From the NCBI GenBank assembly GCA_016188075.1, contig JACPIO010000014.1:1-60790 (forward strand): a stretch of 60,790 nt of DNA, read 5' to 3'. The notes under the pieces were generated by a model that saw nothing but the letters and a program-made list of their open reading frames with translations, did not search any database and was not told the origin of the DNA. The DNA is from Candidatus Wolfebacteria bacterium (GTDB taxonomy: Bacteria; Patescibacteriota; Minisyncoccia; UBA6257; UBA9933). The position numbers were made by a program, and so were the translations under genes. Shown here one piece after another: positions 9,192 through 18,576 of the stretch. Position 1 is the first letter of the stretch; the number at the start of each line of letters is the position of its first letter.

Positions 9192-10163
9192 ATGCCGAAA
9201 AACCTTTTTCTCCAGAACATCATCGCGCTTATTTGGGATTTCGACAAAACTTTGACTCCCGGCTATATGGAAGAGCCGCTCTTTCGGCATTTTAACGTTG
9301 AGCCGAAGAAATTTTGGGAAGAAGTCAACGGCCTGCCTGATTTTTACAAACAGAGCGGTTTGGAATTGGTCTCTAAAGACACGCTTTATCTGAACCACAT
9401 TTTAACTTACGTTCGGCAAAGTATTTTTAAGGGACTAAATAATAAATTATTGCGCGAACTTGGTTCGCAAATTGAATTTTATCCGGGCTTGCCGGATTTT
9501 TTCGCGCGCGTAAAAGAACGAGTAAAAAGTAATTCGGTCTACGCTGGTCATGAAATTGCGGTGGAAAACTATGTTGTAAGTACTGGTTTAAGACAAATGA
9601 TTTTGGGCAGTAAAATTGTTTCTTATGTGGATTACGTGTGGGGATGTGAATTTATTGAAAACATCGCTCCACCGGGATATCTAAATAAGGGAGGTGGGAA
9701 GTTAGAAGTGGGAAGTGAGAAGGGTGAAATAATTGATATTGGTTATGTTTTGGACAATACCACCAAGACCAGGGCAATTTTTGAAATTAATAAAGGCGCC
9801 AATAAACTCACGGATATTGATGTTAATGCCGCTATCAAACCCGAAGACCGAAGAATTCCTTTTCAGAATATGATTTATGTGGCTGATGGTCCGAGCGATA
9901 TTCCGGTTTTTTCGATTGTGAACCATAATAGCGGCAAAACTTTTGCTGTTTACAATCTTCAAAAGCCAGAGGAATTTCGGCAAGTGAACGAACTTCAAAA
10001 ACAAGGCCGGGTGCAGTCATTCGGCGAGGCGAATTATAAAGAAGGCTCGCAGACCTTTATGTGGTTGACGAACGCAATTGAGGAGGTCGCGAGCCGGATT
10101 GTCCGCGACCGCGACCGGGCTGTCGGCGACAAAGTCGGTTTGCCGCCCAAGCATTTGGGGTGA
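9192..10163 (+). CDS. HAD-superfamily hydrolase
   Basis: WDFDKTL, VVSTG and YVADGPSDIP motifs. Confidence 0.85.
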   Translation: MPKNLFLQNIIALIWDFDKTLTPGYMEEPLFRHFNVEPKKFWEEVNGLPDFYKQSGLELVSKDTLYLNHILTYVRQSIFKGLNNKLLRELGSQIEFYPGLPDFFARVKERVKSNSVYAGHEIAVENYVVSTGLRQMILGSKIVSYVDYVWGCEFIENIAPPGYLNKGGGKLEVGSEKGEIIDIGYVLDNTTKTRAIFEINKGANKLTDIDVNAAIKPEDRRIPFQNMIYVADGPSDIPVFSIVNHNSGKTFAVYNLQKPEEFRQVNELQKQGRVQSFGEANYKEGSQTFMWLTNAIEEVASRIVRDRDRAVGDKVGLPPKHLG

Positions 10164-10169
10164 AATTTT

Positions 10170-10745
10170 ATGAAAATTATTTTAGGTTCGGCTTCGGAAA
10201 GGAGGCAGCGGATTTTGAAAGAGATGGGATATGAGTTTGAAGTGATGACCGCTGATATTGACGAGAAGGCGATTCGGCATAATGATCCGCGGGAGTTAGT
10301 TTTGATGTTGGCACGGGCCAAGGCCGAGGCACTACTTTCTAAAATTAAAGAGCCGGCTTTACTTATTACTTCTGACCAAGTTGTTTTCTCTAATGGAAAA
10401 ATTCTTGAGAAGCCGGAAAGCGCGGAAGAAGTGCGCAATAATTTAGAATCCTTTACGGATTATCCGCCGGAGACCATCACATCAGTTGTGGTTACTAATA
10501 CGGGAAATGGAAAGAGAGTTGAGGGGGTGAATGTCGCCAAGGTGATACTTAAGCCGATTCCGGAGAGAGTGATTTTAGAGTTAATTAAGCAAGACAAGGT
10601 TTTTGACCTGGCCGGCGGCTTTACCATTGAAGAGCCGCTTCTCAAAGATTATATTGAGAGAATTGAAGGTGAAAAAGAAAGTGTGATTGGTTTGCCAAGG
10701 GTGCTCACAGAAAAGTTAATAAGAGAAGTTCAGGTCTTGCCTTAG
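10170..10745 (+). CDS. maf: Maf-family nucleoside triphosphate pyrophosphatase
   Basis: IILGSASERR, KAEA, ITSDQVV, ILEKP and VIGLP motifs. Confidence 0.92.
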   Translation: MKIILGSASERRQRILKEMGYEFEVMTADIDEKAIRHNDPRELVLMLARAKAEALLSKIKEPALLITSDQVVFSNGKILEKPESAEEVRNNLESFTDYPPETITSVVVTNTGNGKRVEGVNVAKVILKPIPERVILELIKQDKVFDLAGGFTIEEPLLKDYIERIEGEKESVIGLPRVLTEKLIREVQVLP

Positions 10746-10747
10746 AA

Positions 10748-10790
10748 TAAAAACATTCCAACATTCTATAGAATGTTGGAATGTTTTTTA
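10748..10790. repeat. Perfect palindrome AACATTCCAACATTCTATAGAATGTTGGAATGTT between convergent genes
   Basis: A second copy lies at 59894-59927; probable bidirectional terminator. Confidence 0.85.
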
Positions 10791-10829
10791 TTGGAGGTTA
10801 ATAACCTGGATAACTAATAAACTAATTCG

Positions 10830-11384
10830 CTATACCTGCCTTTCTCTTTGTCGGGTGGTTTGTTTTGTGGTTACTCTCCCGTGTTGCCATTGGCCGCGAT
10901 ATAAGTTATTTCTGCCCTTCACGGTAAAAAACTGAATGTGGACTACGCGGCTGCCCATTTCAAGATAAAACGGCACTGGCCGCAAATTCACCATTCCGAA
11001 ATTTAATTGGCCTTTGTAGCCGGGTGCCACTTGCCCTAATAAGAGGTGTACGCCGGAGCGAAAAAGAGTGGTGCGCGGCCGCATCAAAGCTACTAAATTG
11101 TCAGTCAGATTCACTTTTTCGATCGTGCCCATCAGGTAGTAGGTGTTGGGTTTTAAGGTGATTTTTTTCTCGCCGTCTTTGGCAAAAGAGGCGATTAATT
11201 TTATTTTCGGTGTTTCGCGGTCAGTCACACCCAAAAACCCGGAGCCGGATAATTCATAAAGTTCGCCGATCCGCAAATCAAAGCCCGCGCCCTCGGGATT
11301 TTGCAGTTCGCGGTCCGATAGGCCTTCGACGAGTTTTTTTGATTTGACTAATTTGTGGAGTTCGGAGATTCCGAGGATTGCCAT
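10830..11384 (-). CDS. dCTP deaminase/dUTPase-family protein (divergent)
   Basis: GAGFDLRI, PRTTLFRSG, VAPGYKG and YRGQWQ; lacks the DPG Asp and the catalytic Glu. Confidence 0.8.
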   Translation of the reverse strand: MAILGISELHKLVKSKKLVEGLSDRELQNPEGAGFDLRIGELYELSGSGFLGVTDRETPKIKLIASFAKDGEKKITLKPNTYYLMGTIEKVNLTDNLVALMRPRTTLFRSGVHLLLGQVAPGYKGQLNFGMVNLRPVPFYLEMGSRVVHIQFFTVKGRNNLYRGQWQHGRVTTKQTTRQRERQV

Positions 11385-11429
11385 AGTATTTAGTAGTTAG
11401 AATTTAGTATATAGAATTTAGCTAATTTA

Positions 11430-13106
11430 TTAAGCACAGACCCCAGTTGGGTCGTTGGGGTCGCAAACATTTTGTTTACTATCACGTGTGATAGTAGCGT
11501 CGGGTTCGCAAACTCCATTTGGCTCGCAAACGCCGGAGTCGCTTGGACTACAGACTCCGTCGCTTGCCGCGTTTTTATCGTAAAATCCGCTGCCAGAGAC
11601 ATCTTCTATTTTTCGCACATCACCCATCTTGGCACCGCTGCCGGATCTAACATTCCTCTTTCCGTTTGGCGACTTGCCGCAGATCACTTCTAAATTCGGC
11701 ATATTATCCTGCCGGAAATCAAACCCGTATTTTAAGGAGAGATCAGCCCAGCCCAATTGTTTGCCTAAATCAAAAGCATGGCCGATGGCGGAAATCCATT
11801 CATACATTACCATTTTTTCCATTGCTTCCACGGAATCGCGCGCGTCCATCTGCGCCACGAGCTCGCCGCGCGGGGACAAGAGCGATAATTCAATTAAGCC
11901 TTTTTCCTGATTAGTCGCGATAATCACATTGCCGCGCGGATCTGGAATACAGCGGAGTTTAGTCTCTTGTTTTACAATTTTGTTCGCGTCATTCCACTCC
12001 TTTTTATAAATGTGGGCGCTCGCGGAAACAACGGTTAACGGCCCCATTGGCACGCCCACTGCTTCGGAAATTTCTTTTTGGATTTTAAGTAAGCCGAAAC
12101 AATTGCGCGGCCAGGCTTGATACATATCGTTTGAGCGGATGTAGGAGAGAAGATGAAGAAGATCGTCTTGGATTAAAGCTTGAATCAAAATAATACAGGG
12201 CCGTTTTTTCATTCCTAAATCGCGGTCAGCGTCCCATGTCACAGCGCAGGCGCCGCGGTCGTCTTTCTCTTCCTTCAAGCGATTGATAATAAATTCAATT
12301 TGATTTTTGCCGCGCATTGAACGCATTCTATTTCCATAGCCGTAATGAGCGCCGGGGTGCAATTTATCGGTTGTGTATTGGGTGTAGTATTCGAAAAGTT
12401 CGTTTTTGTTTAAGCCGAGAAGCCAATCGGGGAGATAGGGATTATCTGGGTCTTCGTTTTCGATTACGGTTGAGACCCCTACTAATTCACGGATGTCGTC
12501 ATCATAGTGCGAAGTTTTTATGGCGCCGAAGCGCATTATGTTTTTTAAAACTTCGGGCCAGACGTCAGCCACGCGCTCGCCGCGGAGCTTGAAAACAGCC
12601 GGATCTGTAGGGAAGCGATCGGTTGAAGGAGGCGGCGGATCAGGGAAAATGGCGGCTTCGCGAAACGGGCCTTGGGGTTCGAATTTGTTAATGACAGAAC
12701 TCACTTTTCCCGCATCTTGCTCTTCGCGCATATCAATTACTTCAATGTTTTTTCTAAAATCCTCGATGGCTTTGCGGTCAATTTCTTTTTCAACATAGGC
12801 ATCGGATACTCCTAAAATTTTATTGTCATTATCCAAGCCGTTTTTTATGAGATTCACAATAGCTTGACCGGAACCGGATAAATCCGAACCGCAAACAATA
12901 AGATGGCGAATAAAGGGCCGGGCTAAGATATTTCTGATAATGAAGTTAATCCCTTTTTTGGAATAAAGCTGGCCCACGAGATTGTAGCGGGATTTGTCGA
13001 GGCCCTCCGCGATAAGTTCGCGGCGAGTCCACAAAGTCGCCACGCCCACGGAGGCGGTATCGTTTCCGACGTAAAGCTGGTTTTTAAAATAGAGAGGCCA
13101 AGACAT
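11430..13106 (-). CDS. Thymidylate synthase-like fusion (MtrA-like N-domain, ThyA core, DUF4346-like domain, Cys-repeat tail)
   Basis: YGYGNRMR, NQIE, RPC, IRSND and SAHIY motifs; N-terminal GVATLW...G.LYS..GI..IIRNILA.P.IR.LIVCG.D..GSG. Confidence 0.85.
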   Translation of the reverse strand: MSWPLYFKNQLYVGNDTASVGVATLWTRRELIAEGLDKSRYNLVGQLYSKKGINFIIRNILARPFIRHLIVCGSDLSGSGQAIVNLIKNGLDNDNKILGVSDAYVEKEIDRKAIEDFRKNIEVIDMREEQDAGKVSSVINKFEPQGPFREAAIFPDPPPPSTDRFPTDPAVFKLRGERVADVWPEVLKNIMRFGAIKTSHYDDDIRELVGVSTVIENEDPDNPYLPDWLLGLNKNELFEYYTQYTTDKLHPGAHYGYGNRMRSMRGKNQIEFIINRLKEEKDDRGACAVTWDADRDLGMKKRPCIILIQALIQDDLLHLLSYIRSNDMYQAWPRNCFGLLKIQKEISEAVGVPMGPLTVVSASAHIYKKEWNDANKIVKQETKLRCIPDPRGNVIIATNQEKGLIELSLLSPRGELVAQMDARDSVEAMEKMVMYEWISAIGHAFDLGKQLGWADLSLKYGFDFRQDNMPNLEVICGKSPNGKRNVRSGSGAKMGDVRKIEDVSGSGFYDKNAASDGVCSPSDSGVCEPNGVCEPDATITRDSKQNVCDPNDPTGVCA

Positions 13107-13161
13107 ACAATGTAAAACTCGAAATTCTAAATCCGAAATCCTAAACAAATTTCGGATTTTT

Positions 13162-13713
13162 TTACTTTGCCGCGGTTAAACTGCCGGGTTTATTCCATCT
13201 ATTGATTTTTTTCTGGCTGTATCCACGAGAGACCGGTTGAGTGAGAGTTTCAAAAACTAATTGGCAAACGCAGAGGCCCTTATGGAGAATGATTGGTAAT
13301 TTTCCGATATTGTTGATTTCCAGAGTAATGCGGCCGCAAAAGCCCGGGTCAATGTGGCCGGCAGTTTGAATTATTAATCCTAACCTTCCTAAACGACTTC
13401 GGCCGTCAATGCGGGCCGCGATATCATTAGGCAGGCAGACCTTCTCGATGGTTGCGCCCAGCACGAATTGATCTGGATGAAGAACAAATGGTGCGTTAGC
13501 TTTTAGTTTATAATCCTTGGTTATATTTGTGAATGTTTTTTTATCGGAAACGTCAATGAAAGCCGAACGGTTGTATTCGAAAATTTTAAAATCCCCAGAG
13601 AGTTGTAAATCCAGAGAACAAGTGCCGAGCTGTTTTTTTAAGTCCGGTTTCGGCGTAATTTTTATTTGGCCGGAGGTGATGGCTTTTTTGATGTCGAGAT
13701 CCGATAAGATCAT
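13162..13713 (-). CDS. dcd: dCTP deaminase
   Basis: MILSD, SLDLQL, GRSRLGRLGL and AGHIDPGFCGRITLEI. Confidence 0.92.
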   Translation of the reverse strand: MILSDLDIKKAITSGQIKITPKPDLKKQLGTCSLDLQLSGDFKIFEYNRSAFIDVSDKKTFTNITKDYKLKANAPFVLHPDQFVLGATIEKVCLPNDIAARIDGRSRLGRLGLIIQTAGHIDPGFCGRITLEINNIGKLPIILHKGLCVCQLVFETLTQPVSRGYSQKKINRWNKPGSLTAAK

Positions 13714-13804
13714 GAATCATAAAACATGAAACTTGAAGCATAAAACGTTTTTTAACGGAGCTAATTTAACAATGCTCCATGCTTTATGCTATGTGCTTCA
13801 TGAT
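13709..13804. repeat. Heptamer (CATGAAG-like) tandem repeat with inverted arms
   Basis: CATGAAT-CATAAAA-CATGAAA... followed by ...CTCCATG-CTTTATG...CTTCATG; the family recurs in gatB, smc and after rplL. Confidence 0.8.
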
Positions 13805-13890
13805 ATTAGGTTATCTAATTATAGATGGCGATCTTGGGGCGTCAAGGCTTGTCGGACGGTGGTTTTTGACGTAGAATGTGGATAAATGAT

Positions 13891-15378
13891 ATGAATTACG
13901 AACCTGTAATTGGTCTCGAAATCCATGCTGAACTCAAAACCCGAACCAAAATGTTTTGCGGGTGCTTGAATGACCCGGATGAGAAGCATCCGAATATTAA
14001 TGTTTGTCCGGTTTGTCTTGGCCATCCCGGGACTTTACCTGTGCCGAATAAATCCGCGATTGAATCGGTTTTAAAATTAGGTTTGACGTTGGATTCTAAA
14101 ATTCCCGAAGAATCCAAATTCGACCGAAAAAATTATTTTTACCCGGATTTACCGAAAGGATACCAGATAAGCCAATACGATCAACCGCTGGTTTTAGGTG
14201 GAGAATTAAACGCGGTAAGGATTACGCGGATTCATTTGGAGGAAGATACCGGACGATTAGTCCATGAAGCGTATAGCATGAAACATGAAGCAGAAAAAAA
14301 TGTTTCAGGCTTCGGGCTTCATGCTTCAAGTCTCGTCGATTTCAACCGTGCCGGAGTGCCGCTTATGGAATTAGTCACCGAGCCGGATATTAAAAGCGGG
14401 GATGAGACGGTTAGATTCGCGAAAGAATTGCAGCTCATATTGCGTTATTTAAAAATCTCCGACGCTGATATGGAAAAAGGACAGATGCGAGTCGAAGTGA
14501 ATATTAGTCTCGGGCAAATTATAGACGGCAAGCTACAGATGGGAACAAAAGTGGAGATTAAAAATTTGAACTCTTTTAAAGCCGTTGGGGATGCGATTGA
14601 TTACGAAATTAAAAGACAAGCCGAAGTTTTAGAAGCAGGCAAAGAAGTAGTTCAGGAGACGCGTGGCTGGAACGAAGGCCAAGGCAAGACTTTTTCTCAG
14701 CGTTTTAAGGAGGAATCGCATGACTATCGCTATTTCCCGGAGCCGGATATTCCCCCGATGGAATTATCGAGGGAATTATCGAGGTTCAACCTCGATAATT
14801 TGAAAATTGAGATTCCGGAGTTGCCGGCGCAGAAAAGAAAGCGATTCGCGGAAGAATATGGACTCAATGAGGAACAAACGGAAATTCTTGTATCAGACCG
14901 CAGACTCGCGGAATTTTTCGAAGAATCCGTTTCGGAACTGAAATCGCAATTACCAATTACTAATTACCAATTACTAATTAATTATTTAACAAGTGATTTG
15001 ACCGGTTTAATGAATCAAGAAGGGATTTCTATCTCCGAATTAAAAATCACGCCGGAGCACTTGGCGCATTTGGTCGCGATGATTGAAAAGAAAGAATTAA
15101 CCTCGCGGATGGCAAAAGATGTTTTAGCAGAAATGATTGCGACCGGTCTTGACCCGCACGAGATTATAAAAGAAAAGGGGATTGCGCAAGTTTCGGATGA
15201 AGATTCTATTAAAAAAGTAATTGAAGAAGTTATTGCAGAGAATCCCGTAGCTATAAAAGATTATAAAAAAGGCAAACAAAACGCTTTGCAGTTTTTGATC
15301 GGTAAAACAATGGCGAAATTAAAAGGCCAAGGCAATCCGGAGGTGATTGCTAAAATATTAAATAATAAATTGCGGTAG
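13891..15378 (+). CDS. gatB: Asp/Glu-tRNA amidotransferase subunit B, with three repeat-derived in-frame insertions
   Basis: IGLEIH, FDRKNYFYPDLPKGYQISQ, DFNRAGVPLMELVTEP and DYRYFPEPD. Confidence 0.97.
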   Translation: MNYEPVIGLEIHAELKTRTKMFCGCLNDPDEKHPNINVCPVCLGHPGTLPVPNKSAIESVLKLGLTLDSKIPEESKFDRKNYFYPDLPKGYQISQYDQPLVLGGELNAVRITRIHLEEDTGRLVHEAYSMKHEAEKNVSGFGLHASSLVDFNRAGVPLMELVTEPDIKSGDETVRFAKELQLILRYLKISDADMEKGQMRVEVNISLGQIIDGKLQMGTKVEIKNLNSFKAVGDAIDYEIKRQAEVLEAGKEVVQETRGWNEGQGKTFSQRFKEESHDYRYFPEPDIPPMELSRELSRFNLDNLKIEIPELPAQKRKRFAEEYGLNEEQTEILVSDRRLAEFFEESVSELKSQLPITNYQLLINYLTSDLTGLMNQEGISISELKITPEHLAHLVAMIEKKELTSRMAKDVLAEMIATGLDPHEIIKEKGIAQVSDEDSIKKVIEEVIAENPVAIKDYKKGKQNALQFLIGKTMAKLKGQGNPEVIAKILNNKLR

Positions 15379-15393
15379 CTTTAAAGCTACCGG

Positions 15394-16323
15394 TCAGTTT
15401 TTGAGAAAATTTTTTGCCAGATTAAGCGCTTGATTGTCGTTTCTGATCCACTTAATTTCTTTGTCTTTTTTAAACCAAGTTATCTGCCGTTTGGCGTAAC
15501 GCCAGGTATTGCGTTTTATTAAAGTGATTGCCTCGTTGAGGGAAATTTTGTCTTCAAGATAGTTTATGATTTCGCGGTAGCCGATGGCGTCGAAGGCCGG
15601 CAGATCAGGCGAGTATTTTTTAATGAGATTTTTTACTTCGTCTACGAGTCCGTTTTTTACCATTTGATCAGCGCGTTTATCAATGCGATATTTCAAAATT
15701 TCTTTTTGGGAATTCAGGCCGATTTTTAGGGCGTTAAATAATTGGGGGCCGCGGCGGCGTTGTTTAGAAAAAGGAATTTCGCTTTGGAGAGTGATTTCCA
15801 ATGCCCGAATTACTCGCCGCGGATTATTTCGGTCAATGATATACGCGGCTTCGGGATCGAGCTTAATCAATTTTTCGTAAAGATATTTGAGGCCTTTCTT
15901 TCGGAGTTCTCGCTCTAGTTTTTGGCGGAGTTTTGGATTGGGTTTGACCTTGGGGATTTCTAAATTATCCACCACGGCTTTGATGTATAAGCCAGTGCCG
16001 CCGACAAGAATCGGGATTTTGCCATTTTTTAAAATTTTTCTGATGGCGGCAACGGCGTCTTTTTTGTATTGAGCCACGGTATATTCTTCATTGGGGTTTT
16101 TAATATCAATTAAATAATGCTTAACTTTTTTCATTTCTGCCTTCGTCGGTTTGGCAGTGCCAATGTTGAAGCCGCGGTAAATTTGCCGCGAGTCAGCGGA
16201 AATAATTTCGCCATTAAATTTTCGAGCTACTTTAATTGATAGGGCGGTTTTGCCGGAAGCAGTAGGCCCGACAATAACGATGATTTTTGGTAGGGCGCGA
16301 AGCGTTGATAACTTTTTTGACAT
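15394..16323 (-). CDS. miaA: tRNA dimethylallyltransferase
   Basis: GPTASGKT, SADSRQIY, VGGTGLY and YAKRQITW. Confidence 0.97.
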   Translation of the reverse strand: MSKKLSTLRALPKIIVIVGPTASGKTALSIKVARKFNGEIISADSRQIYRGFNIGTAKPTKAEMKKVKHYLIDIKNPNEEYTVAQYKKDAVAAIRKILKNGKIPILVGGTGLYIKAVVDNLEIPKVKPNPKLRQKLERELRKKGLKYLYEKLIKLDPEAAYIIDRNNPRRVIRALEITLQSEIPFSKQRRRGPQLFNALKIGLNSQKEILKYRIDKRADQMVKNGLVDEVKNLIKKYSPDLPAFDAIGYREIINYLEDKISLNEAITLIKRNTWRYAKRQITWFKKDKEIKWIRNDNQALNLAKNFLKN

Positions 16324-16440
16324 AGGTTGCGTTTCTATTCTATACTAAAAGTATTCGAGATTGTACTTTGTTGTTTTGATAAAAAAAGGGTGGCGGAGCG
16401 CGTCGCGTTCCGCTTGTGACTGAACATGACTTGCTCTCGG

Positions 16441-16988
16441 GAGGAGGTGATCTTTATGAGAGGGTTCTACGCGGCGACGACGGGCACGGGGTCCGCGGCG
16501 TGATACGGTAACCTTCAAGGCCCAGAGCCGAGAAAGGAGGTGCCGCTATGGGAGTCGGATTCCGACTCCTCCTGCGGGATTGCGATCTGGAGCGATGAAG
16601 ACGGGGGATGTGGTTTCTATCTCGGCCTAAAGCTGGGAAGTGCTCCGTTTGGGCGCCTGATGAAACCCGGCCTTGCCGCGGTCCAGGTCCCTGTAGGAGC
16701 CGGAGGGAGCCGACTTTCCCTACCACCAAGACGAGGTAACCCCGGTCGGATACGCCTTCGTGGCGGGAAGTCCGGTCGGGACTGGACAGGGTTGGCGTTC
16801 CGGACCCTTCCGCGGGGCGGCAGGCTTCCCCAGCCGCCCAAAAAGGAGGATGTCCAATGAGCACGCGCGGTTCTCCGATGTTCAGCGACGACGCTCAATC
16901 CGGGATCGCGACGTTCATGGCGTTCACCGACACGCGTCCCCCCGACATCCTGGGGACGGCGGCTTCGACGGTCACCCGGAAGACCTGA
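16441..16988 (+). other. GC-rich cassette of SD-led micro-ORFs (16456-16503, 16548-16598, 16857-16988)
   Basis: Three AGGAGG sites, each 7-8 nt before an ATG; no recognisable domains. Confidence 0.4.
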
Positions 16989-17088
16989 GCCATCGAACGG
17001 GGGCATAGCTCACCCCCAACCATGGGAACGGTGCGGCGGAGCACTTCAAGGCCAGCGGGCCAAAGGGTGCTTCGCCGCACCCACACCT

Positions 17089-17164
17089 GAGGGCGGGGAT
17101 TTGAACCCCGTTCGTACAGCGGGGATTCAATTCCCCGGCAGTGGGTCCAGCCCCGCCCTCACCA
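17089..17164. other. 76-nt structured element with partial tRNA-like features
   Basis: 10-bp closing stem GAGGGCGGGG/CCCCGCCCTC followed by ACCA; T-arm-like CGGGG-TTCAAAT-CCCCG on the minus strand; no canonical cloverleaf. Confidence 0.35.
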
Positions 17165-17347
17165 AAATTTTTTGCACCTTAAAATAATTCAGCACCTTTA
17201 GCCTTTACGGGCTTCGCGGCCGCTCTCTCTTAAGTGGGCGGCTGATTTGTTTCCGGAAATTTTTCCTTTCCCGAATTTATTAACAAATTTTACGATCGTA
17301 AAAAATGTTAACAAAAGTTAGAAGACACAAATAAGCACAAATAAGAG

Positions 17348-18571
17348 TTAAATCACTTTGTCTTTAATTTCCTTTTGGATTTTTTTAAGGAGGTCGGCGA
17401 GTTTCGTTTCGCCCATTTGACCCTGGCGGTAGTGGCGAACATTTACCGAGTTATTCGCAATTTCTTTGTCGCCGACGACCAAAATATAAGGAATTTTCTG
17501 GAGTTCGGCTTCGCGGATTTTTTTGTTGATGGTTTCGTTTTCGTTATTCACTCGGGCGCGGATACCCTTTTTAATAAATTTTTTCGCAACTTGCTCGGCG
17601 TATTTGACGTGTTTATCGGTGATGCTTAAAATTTCCACCTGAACCGGAGAAAGCCAAAGCGGAAGTTTTCCTTCGGCGTGCTCGAGAAGAATGCCGATGA
17701 AGCGCTCAAAAGTTCCTAAAATCGCGCGGTGAATCATCACGGGGCGCTGTTTCAATCCTTTTTCGTCAATGTATTCGAGCTCGAAACGTTCGGGCATTTG
17801 GAAATCCAATTGAATCGTGGCAATGGTCCATTCGCGATTTTGCGAATCAGTGACATTAATATCAATTTTCGGCCCGTAGAAAGCGCCGTCTTTTTCTTTA
17901 ATTTGATATTTCATCTTCGCTTTTTTCAAAACATTTTCCAGATTTTTTTCGGCTTTTTTCCAAAGTTTGGGATCGCCCATTGCTTTGTCCGGTCGAGTAG
18001 CCAAATTAAAAGAGAGCGGCATATTAAAGTTGTCGTAAAATTCTTTGACTAATTTCAGGAGTTTTTTTATTTCGGATTCGATCTGATCGGGCCGGCAGTA
18101 AATATGAGCGTCGTCTTGGGAAAACTGCCGCACCCTTAAGAGCCCGCCCAATACTCCGGAAAGTTCGTTTCGGTGCAGGCGGTCCGTGATTTCGGAAAGC
18201 CGAATGGGCAAGTCTCTATAAGATCTAATTTTGGAAGAATAAATCAAAGTGCTTTCCGGGCAATTCATTGGTTTCAAAGCGTAAGTTTCGTTGTCCACTT
18301 CAAGAGTGAATATATTTTCTTTGAAATGCTCCCAGTGGCCGGATTTTTCAAAGAGCGTTTTTTTGACCATTACCGGAGTCGAGACTTCGGCGTAGCCCTC
18401 CTTGTCTAATTTTTCCCGCAGATATTTTTCGAGCTCCCGCCAAATAATCATTCCTTTACCGTGCCAAAAAGCCGCGCCCGGAGCGTATTCGTGGAAAGAA
18501 AAAAGGTCGAAGTCCCGGCCCAAGTCGCGGTGGTCTTTGCGGTTATTATTTTGTTCTTGCTCTTGTTCCAT
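17348..18571 (-). CDS. thrS: Threonyl-tRNA synthetase (short form lacking the N-terminal TGS/editing domains)
   Basis: DHRDLG, SGHW, LKPMNCP, HRNELSG, GAFYGPKID and HRAILG; 407 aa. Confidence 0.96.
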   Translation of the reverse strand: MEQEQEQNNNRKDHRDLGRDFDLFSFHEYAPGAAFWHGKGMIIWRELEKYLREKLDKEGYAEVSTPVMVKKTLFEKSGHWEHFKENIFTLEVDNETYALKPMNCPESTLIYSSKIRSYRDLPIRLSEITDRLHRNELSGVLGGLLRVRQFSQDDAHIYCRPDQIESEIKKLLKLVKEFYDNFNMPLSFNLATRPDKAMGDPKLWKKAEKNLENVLKKAKMKYQIKEKDGAFYGPKIDINVTDSQNREWTIATIQLDFQMPERFELEYIDEKGLKQRPVMIHRAILGTFERFIGILLEHAEGKLPLWLSPVQVEILSITDKHVKYAEQVAKKFIKKGIRARVNNENETINKKIREAELQKIPYILVVGDKEIANNSVNVRHYRQGQMGETKLADLLKKIQKEIKDKVI

Positions 18572-18576
18572 GTTTT

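Noticed and set aside
17280..17311. Palindrome centred on TTTTACGATCGTAAAA after thrS
   Set aside because: Single copy in the window, adequately explained as a terminator between convergent units.
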